Assembly: GCA_043228905.1 (NCBI GenBank)
Contig: JBHGNT010000001.1
Coordinates: 16,120,001-16,184,000 of the forward strand
Direction of reading: 5' to 3'
Source of the DNA: Azolla caroliniana
Taxonomy: Eukaryota; Plantae; Polypodiophyta
Length of the DNA: 64,000 nucleotides
This document shows, in pieces, positions 23,201 through 32,846 of the stretch; position 1 is the stretch's first letter; the number at the start of each line of letters is the position of its first letter. The notes under the pieces are model-generated. The model saw only the letters and a list, made by a program, of their open reading frames with translations. It was not told the origin of the DNA and ran no database searches. The translations under genes and the position numbers were made by a program.

Positions 23201-25631
23201 ACGTCCGAATGGACTAAATCGAGAGGTCTCGTTTCTCTTGGTGCTGATGTCGGGTGTGATGCGGCTACTTGTTTGCCATACTGGCAATGCTCGCAGAATT
23301 GATGGTCCGAGAAGGAGAGTTTGGGGATGTATCCGGCTCTAGATAGGTGCGTGATGCCGGCCTTGCTGAGGTGTCCCAGTCTTCGGTGCCATAATGATGA
23401 CACAGGAATATCCACCAAGAACAGGTTACCCTCTCTGAGCGTAACATGTAACGGATACAGGGAGTGTATCTTAGGTCCTCTAGCAAGCAGGAGGTTCCCC
23501 CTGTGGAGTGTCCACCCTCCCGAAGAGAAACCGGCACGAATGCCGTCTTCATCTAGTTGTCCGACTGAGATCAATGGCCTTGAGAGCTCGGGTACATGTC
23601 GGACATTGCGGAGTACAAGTGTAGAGCCACCTGCAAGGTTGAGCTCTACTGTGCCGATTCCGATGATGTCACAGTGTTGCGAGTTACCGACCCGAACTGA
23701 GTCGGAGTGACGGATCGTGTATTGCCGAAATTGGGATCGATGAGGAGTCACGTGAAATGACGCGCCCGAATCTAAGAGCCATGTGCTCGATTCTTCAGTC
23801 GTGAGTAGAACTTCTGATCCGACTGGATTTTCGATTGATAGTATATTCGGGTCGTCCGGTAGTACATCGGCTGAGAAGCTGACGTAATTGATCTCCTCAT
23901 GCCGGCCACTCTTCTTGTTGTTCTTGTTCCGTAGTGCGCGGCAGTCGGCTTTGATGTGTCCGGGTTTCTTGCAGTAGTTGCAGATTCGGTTATCCCGTGA
24001 CTGGCTCCGTCTTCGCTGATTGTTCGGCGGTCGTGAGGAATCTCTTCCTCGTATGTTCGATCGGTCTGTCGAACCTTGTACTACATAAGCGTCTTCTGTT
24101 GAGTCTTTGCCGAAAGACTTTCTCCGAGCTGCTTCGGTTAGGATTGCGCTCGTGACTTCGGAGTATTTAACAGCCGTGGTTGACGCGTTGCACACAGTTG
24201 TGACGAAAGTTTCCCATGATGAGGGAAGGCTGCTCATGAGTATCATTGCTCTGAGTTCATCCTCGATTGCCGTCCCCTGAGATGAGATTTGGGAGCTGAT
24301 GCTTTCGTACTCATTGAGGTGTGCCTGAACCGAATCGGATTCTTTCATCCGCAAGTTGTAGAGGCGCCGGATCAGAAACATCTTCGTTGCGGCGACCTTC
24401 TTTTCGTAAGTGTCCGACAGTGTTTTCCACAGTTCGAATGCTGTCGTACACGATTGCACCGTAAAGTATACCGATTCCGATAGGTGCATCCGAATCGTGG
24501 CGCGGACGATTCTGTCCAGCTTCTGCCACTCAATTGGTTTGTATCCTTCTGGAGGTTCTTCATTTTCGATGGGATCGATTTGCCCCTTGACTATGAGATA
24601 GTCCTGCATTTGCTCCTTCCAGAAGTTAAAGTTCGATCCATCGAACTTTCGTAGACTCATTTCTGACGAGCCGGATGTTGATGCCATCAAATTCGGTTTT
24701 GGTTGACGAAGCTCGGTTCAGAGTTGACTACGAACCTTGTTGGAGTGCAGCCGGTTGGCTCACCCGATATCGTTCTAGTCGGATTTGAACCCGAGTCGGT
24801 TCGGCTTCGGAACTTGCTCGAATTGACTCCGGTAGCTTGAGGGACAGAACCGACTGGTCTTCCCGAATGTTGCCGAGTCGGCGTGAGCCCGGTTCGCTTC
24901 GGATATATATGCCGAATACCGATAATTGAAACCGATTATCTGGACCGATTCTGCTTCGGGTGGCTGCAGCGACGAGAGAGACAGATCCAACTGATCCTCT
25001 CGAATGTCGATCAGCCGGATGAAGCACGAATTGGGGTTGTTGTATTGAGACCGATCTGCACCGAGTGGTTACAACGAGCAGCGTTTGGTGACTTCTTCGG
25101 ATGCCGTTTAACCGAATGGAGCACGATCGTATCAATGATGCACAAGGGGATTTCACCTCGAGCGGTTACGATCACACGGAACGGAGTACAACCTGTGGGC
25201 TTACTCCAAGCAAGAGGATCTAACGCGATGAGGTGCAAACCTCGTTTTTGTTCTTCTTCTCTCTTTCTTCGAATGACGCAGGAAACCGAATGCAGAGACG
25301 ACGGCCGACAGCGGATTGAAGGACCGACTACTGTGCAGGCTCTGATACCAGATGTTGGAAGCAATGTCGTCAGTGCGGAAGATCTTGAAGCACTCGATTC
25401 CTGTTTATTCCCTGTGTATGACAGAATGTAGGTCGTTGCACAGAGAGAGAGAGAGAGAGACACAAAAGAGTTCTTTATTTCATAAAGAAGAATACAACAA
25501 CCAACCTCACAAAGAGGTTACAAGGTCACTATATATAGTGACCGACTTAGGGCAACTGCCCTTTATGCTAATTACATAAATGGCCAAAACGGGATGGTGT
25601 GAATACGTCCATTATACACAGGTATTCGACA
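20201..25631 (-). mobile_element. Copia A3, complete, innermost element of the nest
   Basis: LTRs 20201-20480 and 25353-25631; TSD CGTCA at 20196-20200 and 25632-25636; iMet PBS; PPT. Confidence 0.98.
20674..24687 (-). CDS. gag-pol: Copia Gag-Pol polyprotein (A3)
   Basis: Intact ORF near-identical to A1 and A4. Confidence 0.97.
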   Translation of the reverse strand: MASTSGSSEMSLRKFDGSNFNFWKEQMQDYLIVKGQIDPIENEEPPEGYKPIEWQKLDRIVRATIRMHLSESVYFTVQSCTTAFELWKTLSDTYEKKVAATKMFLIRRLYNLRMKESDSVQAHLNEYESISSQISSQGTAIEDELRAMILMSSLPSSWETFVTTVCNASTTAVKYSEVTSAILTEAARRKSFGKDSTEDAYVVQGSTDRSNIRGRDSSRPPNNQRRRSQSRDNRICNYCKKPGHIKADCRALRNKNNKKSGRHEEINYVSFSADVLPDDPNILSIENPVGSEVLLTTEESSTWLLDSGASFHVTPHRSQFRQYTIRHSDSVRVGNSQHCDIIGIGTVELNLAGGSTLVLRNVRHVPELSRPLISVGQLDEDGIRAGFSSGGWTLHRGNLLLARGPKIHSLYPLHVTLREGNLFLVDIPVSSLWHRRLGHLSKAGITHLSRAGYIPKLSFSDHQFCEHCQYGKQVAASHPTSAPRETRPLDLVHSDVCGPMPHQSLGGASYFVSFIDDSTRKVWAYPIRTKDRVFSIFSDWLAMVENQTDRKLKCFRTDNGGEFKSEEFVKFCRQRGIRRELTAPHSPEQNGIAERMNRTIQERIVSMLQHSGLSDGFWAEALLTAAHIINMSPSRPLGLQIPQELWIGSKPNYDKLRIFGCEAYALIPKDDRRKLAPRSRKCIFLGYGSDGEMGYRLWDPERRQIVRSSDVVFNESAMNPSIEKPIEVRRVTFSDVPTLLEGPALNTRSASRVAEPYTTDSYNPDSAQQNNPLSDHPTTIPDATSPIMPRRSERLSQPPERYSPGIFFTDAGEPTSYEEASTSVDSATWHLAMESEMHSIRANKTWDLVELPRNRRALPCKWVYRLKETSDSTTPKYKARLVAKGFRQEYGVDFDEIFSPVVKMTTLRFLLGVVAADNLELIQLDVKTAFLHGDLEEEIYMEQPKGFVATGQEHLVCRLRKSLYGLKQAPRQWYKKFDDFIQSIGFSKSDEDHCLFTNTAQDGSPIFLIIYVDDMLISGRHAGELADLVRQLRLKFAMKDLGPARHILGMKISRHRDKRHLFLSQTDYIGRVLERFNMQSAKSASTPLPMNLRLSQRDCPTSGPEGEDMKSVPYAPAVGSLMYLMVATRPDISHAVGVVSRFMHNPGRSHWNAVKHVFRYLAGTKDHGILFGPNRTSGVVGYTDSDFAGCIDSRKSTTGYCFKFGNGAISWKSKLQECTATSTTEAEYVAASDAAKEALWLGWLAHTFRQVDHDSAPVVYSDSQGAVALSKNPVHHNASKHIDVRYHFVRDCVISGKIGLEKISTTDNVADGMTKCLSADRFRSLRHQMGVTTNQSG

Positions 25632-25636
25632 CGTCA

Positions 25637-27827
25637 TTGTCTTCAAAAACCCGCCGATCTGCAGCCACTCCCCGTCGTACTTGCTCGCGTCGAACTCGTT
25701 AAGCGCCGGAGTGCTCATCCCGTCGGTCGTTATGTATGCCGCCTCGAAGAAATCCACGCCGACTTCTTCGTCTTCCGAAACCATGCCGCCCTCGTCGTCG
25801 AACCTCGCCCTCGAAAGCATGTCGGCCATGGCGTTGTCTTTCCCGGAAAGGTGTCGTATTTCCGGGTCCAGGGACTTGATGTACGCTATCCACCTGAGCA
25901 TCGCCAGGTCCGGAGTCGCGCATCCGGAAACCATTCCGAGAATCGGCAGGCAATCCGTCTCGATGATCACTTCTGTCCCTATCAGGTAGTCTTTGTCGGC
26001 CTTAACCGCCGAAACAATACCCCAGAGTTCGCGTTTAACCTGGGCGTATCCTCGCTGCCGTTCACTGAGGACCTTCGCGCCGAATCGGATCGGAAACCGA
26101 TTGCCGTCCTCGTCTTCCTGGTTCACGACCCATCCGATCCCGGTCGGACTGGTATCCACCGTTATGAATACCGGGGTACCCTTCCCGTATACCGCCTTCC
26201 GGAGTGCCGGTGCCGCTGCAAGGGCCTCTTTCAGCTTCCGGACCGATTCCGCGTGCTCGTCTAGCCATTCGAACCTTCGCCCCTTTTTCAGCAACCCGTA
26301 CAGTGGCTCCGCGACGTGTGCGTAATGCGGGATCCACATGTGGTAGAACGCGCATGCCCCCAGGAATCTCCGTACTTCCGTGACCGAGCTGCAGTCGGGC
26401 TTCATCGCGGAGATGGCTTCTACCTTTGCCGGAGACGGTTTCCGGCCATATGGTCCGCACAGGTGTCCGACCACCATGATTTCTGACTGCCCGAAGGCCG
26501 ACTTCTCCCCGGAGAAGGTGAGTCTCGCATCCTCTAGCCTTTGCAGCACCTTCTCGCAGTCGTCGATGTGCGTCGCCACGAATCGCCGGCATCCGTCCGG
26601 CCCGATCGTCTCGTCCTTTTCTTCCACCGGGCATCCCTTGATCGGGATGTCGTCCAGAAACGGCATGGTGATGTCCGGGATACAGTCCCTCAGAACCTTG
26701 TTCATCGCATTCACCATGTGGGCCACCGAGTTGGTCCCTCCTTGCGGCAGTGTACACATCCGAACTAGGCCGAGGGGAGTTCGCATCGTCGTAATGTCTC
26801 TGCTCTCCACGGCTAGCTGGAACTGGTCGTACCCTGAGTATAGATCCCCGACCGAGTAAATTGACCTTCCGGCGAAGGCCTCCGCGAACTCGTCTATGGT
26901 CGGTCCGATCCCTGCGTTCCGAATGGTCACTCGATTGACCGGCTGCAGGTCCTGGATGAAGCGCAGCGAACCGTTTTTCTTCGGTACGGTAAACCATCGA
27001 TTCGAATATGGGGCGCTCGACGGCTCGAGAATTCCCATATCAACTTTCTGCCTCAGCAGCTCCATCAACTTCGGGATGTGAGCTCTCGGAACCGGGATTG
27101 GCTTGAGATTCCATGGTACATGCGGTACCGTGAATATCACCATCGGCTCCACGATCGTCGGGTCAACGCACCCGATTTCCTCCGGCGAGAATGCGAAGGC
27201 TTTCCCGTGCCTTCCGAGCATTCTCCGAAACCGGTCTTCCTCCGCCGGCAGTAGGAACCCGCCCCCACCGATTTTGAGCTCTCGGAGCGTCTCGTCAGTG
27301 AAGGTGTGCCCTATGCAGGCCGGATCTCGTAGACTAGGGTCCGATGCAACCCCTTTGATTCTCGACGCGCTGTCCTCCGGTAAGGGTGCCGCTACTGGCC
27401 TTACCTTCCGGTCCACAGTCTTGTACTTGGTGTTTACGTGGGCCGTCCGAACTGACTCGAGCCCTCGACCGAAGTCCGCGATGACTTCGTACATCTCCTC
27501 GGAACACACCGGTATCGTCCGGTCTTCGTTAAGGCCTTCTTCGACTACCTTTCCCAGCATTCCCAAGGTGTCGTCGAATGAGACCGCCTCCACGGCTCCG
27601 TTGATTTCCTCGTCCGGGCCGAGAACTCCGCACGCTCGAAGTCTCGCCTCCGTCTTTGTTTTCTCTCGGCCGGCGATGCCGACCATCGCACACGCTCCGC
27701 TGTCGGAGAACAAAAATTCCCTACCTATGGTACAAGGTTTCTTCGGTTTTATCGTACAGGTGTGGGGTTTTCCCGGGGTGTCCGGACTGTCGCGGCCCCA
27801 CGCCTTGGCAGCCCTCTCTAAAAATCC
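25637..27827 (-). pseudogene. pol: Element E RT-RNase H part of pol (-1 frame relative to Gag-PR)
   Basis: DLYSGYDQF, LPQGGTNS, FLDDIPIKG, VRRFLG, TVDTSP, ADMLSR; open from the slippery site to the A3 insertion. Confidence 0.95.
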
Positions 27828-29944
27828 TCTCGGTTATCGGAACCGAGGGAGTCGCGGTTACGTTCGTGGTTCGGCCGTACCGTCAGAAACTGGACCGAAT
27901 GGCGCCCGTCTTGGCTTTTGACCCTCGCGTAGGCCGAACCATTGTCCAACACCTTGGTCTCCATCCGCGCCGCCGTGATGTACGGCTCTCCCAGTATGAC
28001 CGGATGCGAAGACGTCTCCTGCACGAAGAAGTGCTGGTCAATCTCGACGTCGCCGATCTTGACTCGCACATTCGGACAGGCCCCGTGCAGTTCCTCGGTG
28101 GCGCGCGTTGCTGCCCTTATTTTCCACCCGTGCTTGGTGTTGATCGGCCATTTGCCCTTCTTATAGAAGTCCATGGACATCAAATTGATCTCCGATCCGT
28201 GGTCCACCAAAGCTATCACCGGTTCCTGGACATCGCCGATCTTCACCGGGGTTTCCGTGGTCGCTCGGGCCCAGTGCGGTCTCGAATAGTGGCTTTCCGC
28301 CCACTCGTCTCCCAGCGCCATGTCGTCTAGGTGCGTCGTCCGCACTTCCACCGGTCTTTCCGGTTCTGTCTCCGTTGACAGCCTCTTCCGTTTCACCAAG
28401 TCCACGATGGAGTCGTGGAACTCCTTCTTGGCGATTCCCAGCACCTCCCGTAGCGACAGCTCCACCTTGCTGTCGAGGATCCGTTCCTCCAGGACCTTTC
28501 GTAAGTCCGTGGTTCTTTCTATCTCCGTCCCCAGACGGTACCCGCCCTTCTGGGGTTTATCTTGCGTACCGGCCCCGCCGGCTTCGTCCCGTCGTGGCCC
28601 GGACCGGGTCTCGTATCGTTGTGAGGGCCCGGTCCTCCCGGGTTTCCCCACCCGCTTCTCTTCTACCAGAGCCTCGTAGTTCCGGCAAGCGGCTTCCACG
28701 AAGCCCGTCTTTTCCTCGACCGGGTCGCTCCACCCGGTCATCTCCCGTACCCGTTTCTCCGCACGGTCCGATTCCTCCCCTTTAAGCCCTGCACCGGCAA
28801 GGCCTTCCAGCATCGTCGGCCAGAATCCGGCTTTGCTTTCCTTTCGGGCCTCGCCGCCCCCGACTCGAATACCGGCCGACGCCGAGTAGTGGACGGTTTC
28901 CGCATGTCGGGCCGCCGCCTCTTCCATCAACCTCTTCATTCCGCCTCGCCCGTCGTTTCGGTTTAGGGCCCTTCTCGTGTCGTTGGCGTGAACCCGGCCT
29001 TCCCATAGGTACACCACCCGGTTCCTCAGCGCCTCTGCGAAATCGCCGCAGTCTTTTCGGATGTGGCCGACCCCGTCGCACCACATGCACCTGTTCCCTG
29101 CCGCCGGCCGTCGGTCACGAGCAGGTTCTCCGCCTTCTCTGCGGGCTTGTGCGATTTGGAGGTCTTTTATCGCCCTCGTCAGTTCCTCCAACGCAGCTCC
29201 TCCAGTCGAGCCTCTGATCACGCCGGTCGGAGCTGAACCGGATTCCAGCCATTCCCGAGTCTCTTCCCTTCGCACCGGCTGCGCCGGCTCGAGTTTCCTC
29301 GCCGCGACTGAGCCCGACCCGGCTGCTCTGTCATCCTCCCATTCTCGCCGTTTGTCGAAACGGCCGCAGGCTCTCTTGACCGCCGCCCAGTCGGCTGTCA
29401 GCCCGTCTTCGGTTTCTAGCAGGGCGCCCACGTGACTCCGATCCCTCTCGTCAACCGATTTGACGAACAACAGGACCCGGCTTGTATCCAGGACCATCCT
29501 GTCAAGCGCCGAAAGGCGCGCGAAGTTCTCCTCGAACTCCCGGAGGAGTGCCGACGCATTCCTTCCTTTCCCGGGAGACTCCACCCACTCCATGAAGCTT
29601 CGCTTCGAAAGCCGGAGCGCGTCGTCCAGTCCGTATTTTTCCAGGAGCCGACCTTCGAACTCCTCCCAGCTACGGCTCTCCGCCCGCACCTCGAGCACCT
29701 CCGCGTGGATGCTCGGCATCGCCACTCGGGGAAAACCGGCAAGACGCCTGTCTTCCGGAATGTCCCGCATTAACATTTCCGCACCGTAGGACGCCAGGTA
29801 CTTCGTGGCATCTTTTCCGGTGAATCGACCGATCGTTCCGACGACCGCCTCAATAGCTCTATCGAGGGCGCCGGTGCCCTCGCGCGCGCTTACTATCCGA
29901 TCCACGGCCGAAGCCATGGCCTCTGCAAGATCCGCCCCCTTCAT
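27818..29944 (-). CDS. gag: Element E Gag-protease (708 aa)
   Basis: ATG follows the PBS; CMWCDGVGHIRKDC knuckle; LVDHGSEINL protease motif. Confidence 0.94.
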   Translation of the reverse strand: MKGADLAEAMASAVDRIVSAREGTGALDRAIEAVVGTIGRFTGKDATKYLASYGAEMLMRDIPEDRRLAGFPRVAMPSIHAEVLEVRAESRSWEEFEGRLLEKYGLDDALRLSKRSFMEWVESPGKGRNASALLREFEENFARLSALDRMVLDTSRVLLFVKSVDERDRSHVGALLETEDGLTADWAAVKRACGRFDKRREWEDDRAAGSGSVAARKLEPAQPVRREETREWLESGSAPTGVIRGSTGGAALEELTRAIKDLQIAQARREGGEPARDRRPAAGNRCMWCDGVGHIRKDCGDFAEALRNRVVYLWEGRVHANDTRRALNRNDGRGGMKRLMEEAAARHAETVHYSASAGIRVGGGEARKESKAGFWPTMLEGLAGAGLKGEESDRAEKRVREMTGWSDPVEEKTGFVEAACRNYEALVEEKRVGKPGRTGPSQRYETRSGPRRDEAGGAGTQDKPQKGGYRLGTEIERTTDLRKVLEERILDSKVELSLREVLGIAKKEFHDSIVDLVKRKRLSTETEPERPVEVRTTHLDDMALGDEWAESHYSRPHWARATTETPVKIGDVQEPVIALVDHGSEINLMSMDFYKKGKWPINTKHGWKIRAATRATEELHGACPNVRVKIGDVEIDQHFFVQETSSHPVILGEPYITAARMETKVLDNGSAYARVKSQDGRHSVQFLTVRPNHERNRDSLGSDNREDF

Positions 29945-30707
29945 TTCCTACTCTTCTGCCGCCTCTTTCACGTCGGGTTCACCAAGATGTCGGGGTTGCT
30001 ACGCCCTTGCGTGTAGAAAGGAGGAGGGACCACGGGGGTCTCGAACCGAAGAGCAAGAGAGAGAGGAGTAAGAGAGAGAGACCCGATTACACAGAACCGA
30101 GATCCGATTGCGCAGAACCGACGATTGCACAGGGACACGGCCCAACAAACAGAGATCACAAATAGACGCCGACGCAGATGGACGCAACAACGAGAGATAT
30201 GTGCTTATGAACGCAAGAAAATAACAGACTAAAGTATTACAACCCACGGTGGGGCACAAAATAGATACTAACGAAAACGAACAGGGCGGCGAACAGCTGC
30301 CGACCCCTGTATGTCGCGATGCACAGAAAGGGAAAACAGGTCGGAGGTGCTGCAGGACGCACTCGGGGCGTTCCACGGAACAGCGCAAGCCTCCTCGAAA
30401 CCTGCACAGGTACGCGATGGAGCAGAAGACAGAGAGAGCAGGAGTGAGAGAGAAGCTCCGAAATCGGTTCGGCAGCACTTCGTCCTCTCCGCGGGAGATA
30501 CCCCACTTCTATTCTTCCTCTTCCTTTTATAGCCCGTCAAGAGGCCGTTTGGCATTAACTGCATACCAACCGAATCTACCCACCTAGGATCCTCGTATGT
30601 ACCTACTTCGTCCTCTGGTACTTCTTGGCGCGCGTGTGTGTGTAGAGCCGTTTCCCACGCCTTGTTCCTCCGATTCCTCTTGTGGGCGGTTTTCTTCACG
30701 ACAGCGT

Positions 30708-32393
30708 CAACCACGGCTGTTAAATACTCCGAAGTCACGAGCGCAATCCTGACCGAAGCAGCTCGGAGAAAGTCTTTCGCCAAAGACTCAACAGAAGACG
30801 CTTATGTAGTACAAGGTTCGACAGACCGATCGAACATACGAGGAAGAGATTCCTCACGACCGCCGAACAATCAGCGAAGACGGAGCCAGTCACGGGATAA
30901 CCGAATCTGCAACTATTGCAAGAAACCCGGACACATCAAAGCCGACTGCCGCGCACTCAAGAACAAGAACAGCAAGAAGAGTGGCCGGCATGAGGAGGTC
31001 AATTACGTCAGCTTCTCAGCTGATGTACTACCGGACGACCCGAATATACTATCAATCGAAAATCCAGTCGGATCAGAAGTTCTACTCACGACTGAAGAAT
31101 CGAGCACATGGCTCTTAGATTCGGGCGCGTCATTTCACGTGACTCCTCATCGATCCCAATTTCGGCAATACACGATCCGTCACTCCGACTCAGTTCGGGT
31201 CGGTAACTCGCAACACTGTGACATCATCGGAATCGGCACAGTAGAGCTCAACCTTGCAGGTGGCTCTACACTTGTACTCCACAATGTCCGACATGTACCC
31301 GAGCTCTCAAGGCCATTGATCTCAGTCGGACAACTAGATGAAGACGGCATTCGTGCCGGTTTTTCTTCGGGAGGGTGGACACTCCACAGGGGGAACCTCC
31401 TGCTTGCTAGAGGACCCAAGATACACTCCCTGTATCCGTTACATGTTACGCTCAGAGAGGGTAACCTGTTTTTGGTGGATATTCCTGTGTCATCACTATG
31501 GCACCGACGATTGGGACATCTCAGCAAGGCCGGCATCACGCACCTATCTAGAGCCGGATACATCCCCAAACTCTCCTTCTCGGACCATCAATTCTGCGAG
31601 CATTGCCAGTATGGCAAACAAGCAGCCGCATCACACCCGACATCCGCACCAAGAGAAACGAGACCTCTCGATTTAGTCCATTCGGACGTCTGTGGCCCAA
31701 TGCCGCATCAGTCTCTAGGCGGTGCATCTTACTTCGTCACTTTTATTGACGATTCGACTCGAAAGGTGTGGGCTTATCCAATTCGCACCAAAGATCGGGT
31801 CTTCTCGATCTTCTCCGATTGGCTCGCTATGGTAGAAAATCAAACCGACCGAAAACTGAAATGCTTTCGGACAGACAATGGGGGAGAGTTCAAATCCGAA
31901 GAATTCGTCAAATTCTGCCGACAACGCGGCATCCGACGTGAATTTACGGCACCACACAGTCCGGAGCAAAACGGGATTGCCGAACGCATGAATCGGACAA
32001 TCCAAGAACGGATAGTTTCCATGCTCCAACACTCCGGACTATCGGATGGCTTCTGGGCAGAGGCTCTACTCACGGCAGTACACATAATCAATATGTCGCC
32101 AAGTAGACCTCTAGGACTTCAAATTCCTCAGGAACTATGGATCGGCAGTAAGCCGAATTACGACAAGCTGAGGATCTTCGGATGCGAGGCGTACGCCCTT
32201 ATTCCGAAAGATGATCGCCGAAAACTTGCACCTCGGTCCAGGAAATGCATTTTCCTTGGATATGGATCCGACGGCGAAATGGGATACCGACTCTGGGACC
32301 CCGAACGCAGACAAATCGTTCGAAGTTCGGACGTTGTGTTCAACGAGTCGGCTATGCATCCATCAGTCGAAAAACCGATCGAAGTCCGAAGGG
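30708..32393 (+). pseudogene. gag-pol: A2 gag-pol piece 2 (knuckle, PR, INT)
   Basis: Resumes at STTAVKY after the E TSD; ends at IEVRR where F is inserted. Confidence 0.95.
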
Positions 32394-32846
32394 TGTCAGG
32401 AATAGTACTAAAACAGAGATGGAATTAGTACTAAGAAGAGTAGTACTATTAGTACTATTAGTACTAAGAGGACGGTACTGCGTAAGATTCCCGAGAGAGT
32501 GAGGAAGTGAGAAGAGGAGAGAGAGAGAGAGAAATAGGATGATGATAGCAGCTCTTATATTATATGAAAGATAAGTACAAATCGACTAAGAGGCTTAAGA
32601 CTGGTGTTGAACCAATTTGGTTCAACATAATGCTTAGTGCCTTCTTTTATAGTGTTCTCAGGAATAATCCTGAAGCTCCTAGAATGTTCTAGAGAAATCT
32701 GGAATATACATTACTTTCTTATAATAAAACATAAATGAAAATAATATTCTATGAATTACAATAGATGGTGAGATGGTTAAGAGCTCGACCCATATACCAT
32801 AAGGTCATGGGTTCGAGTCTTGCCATCTCATGACACTATCTCCCCC

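Larger units (their letters stand above)
18106..30703 (-). mobile_element. Non-chromovirus Ty3/gypsy element E, young, hosts A3
   Basis: 716-bp LTRs 18106-18821 and 29988-30703 (1 difference seen); 4-bp TSD GCGT at 18102-18105 and 30704-30707; Trp PBS; PPT GGTGGGGGCGGA. Confidence 0.97.

Noticed and set aside
26062-26997. 311-aa alternative-frame ORF and 220-270 aa antisense ORFs in E pol
   Set aside because: Expected shadows of GC-rich coding sequence; no equivalent long ORFs in homologous D
32763-32835. Functional tRNA gene
   Set aside because: A/B boxes are present, but there is no proper acceptor stem, T stem or 7-nt anticodon loop; reported as a tRNA-like cassette instead
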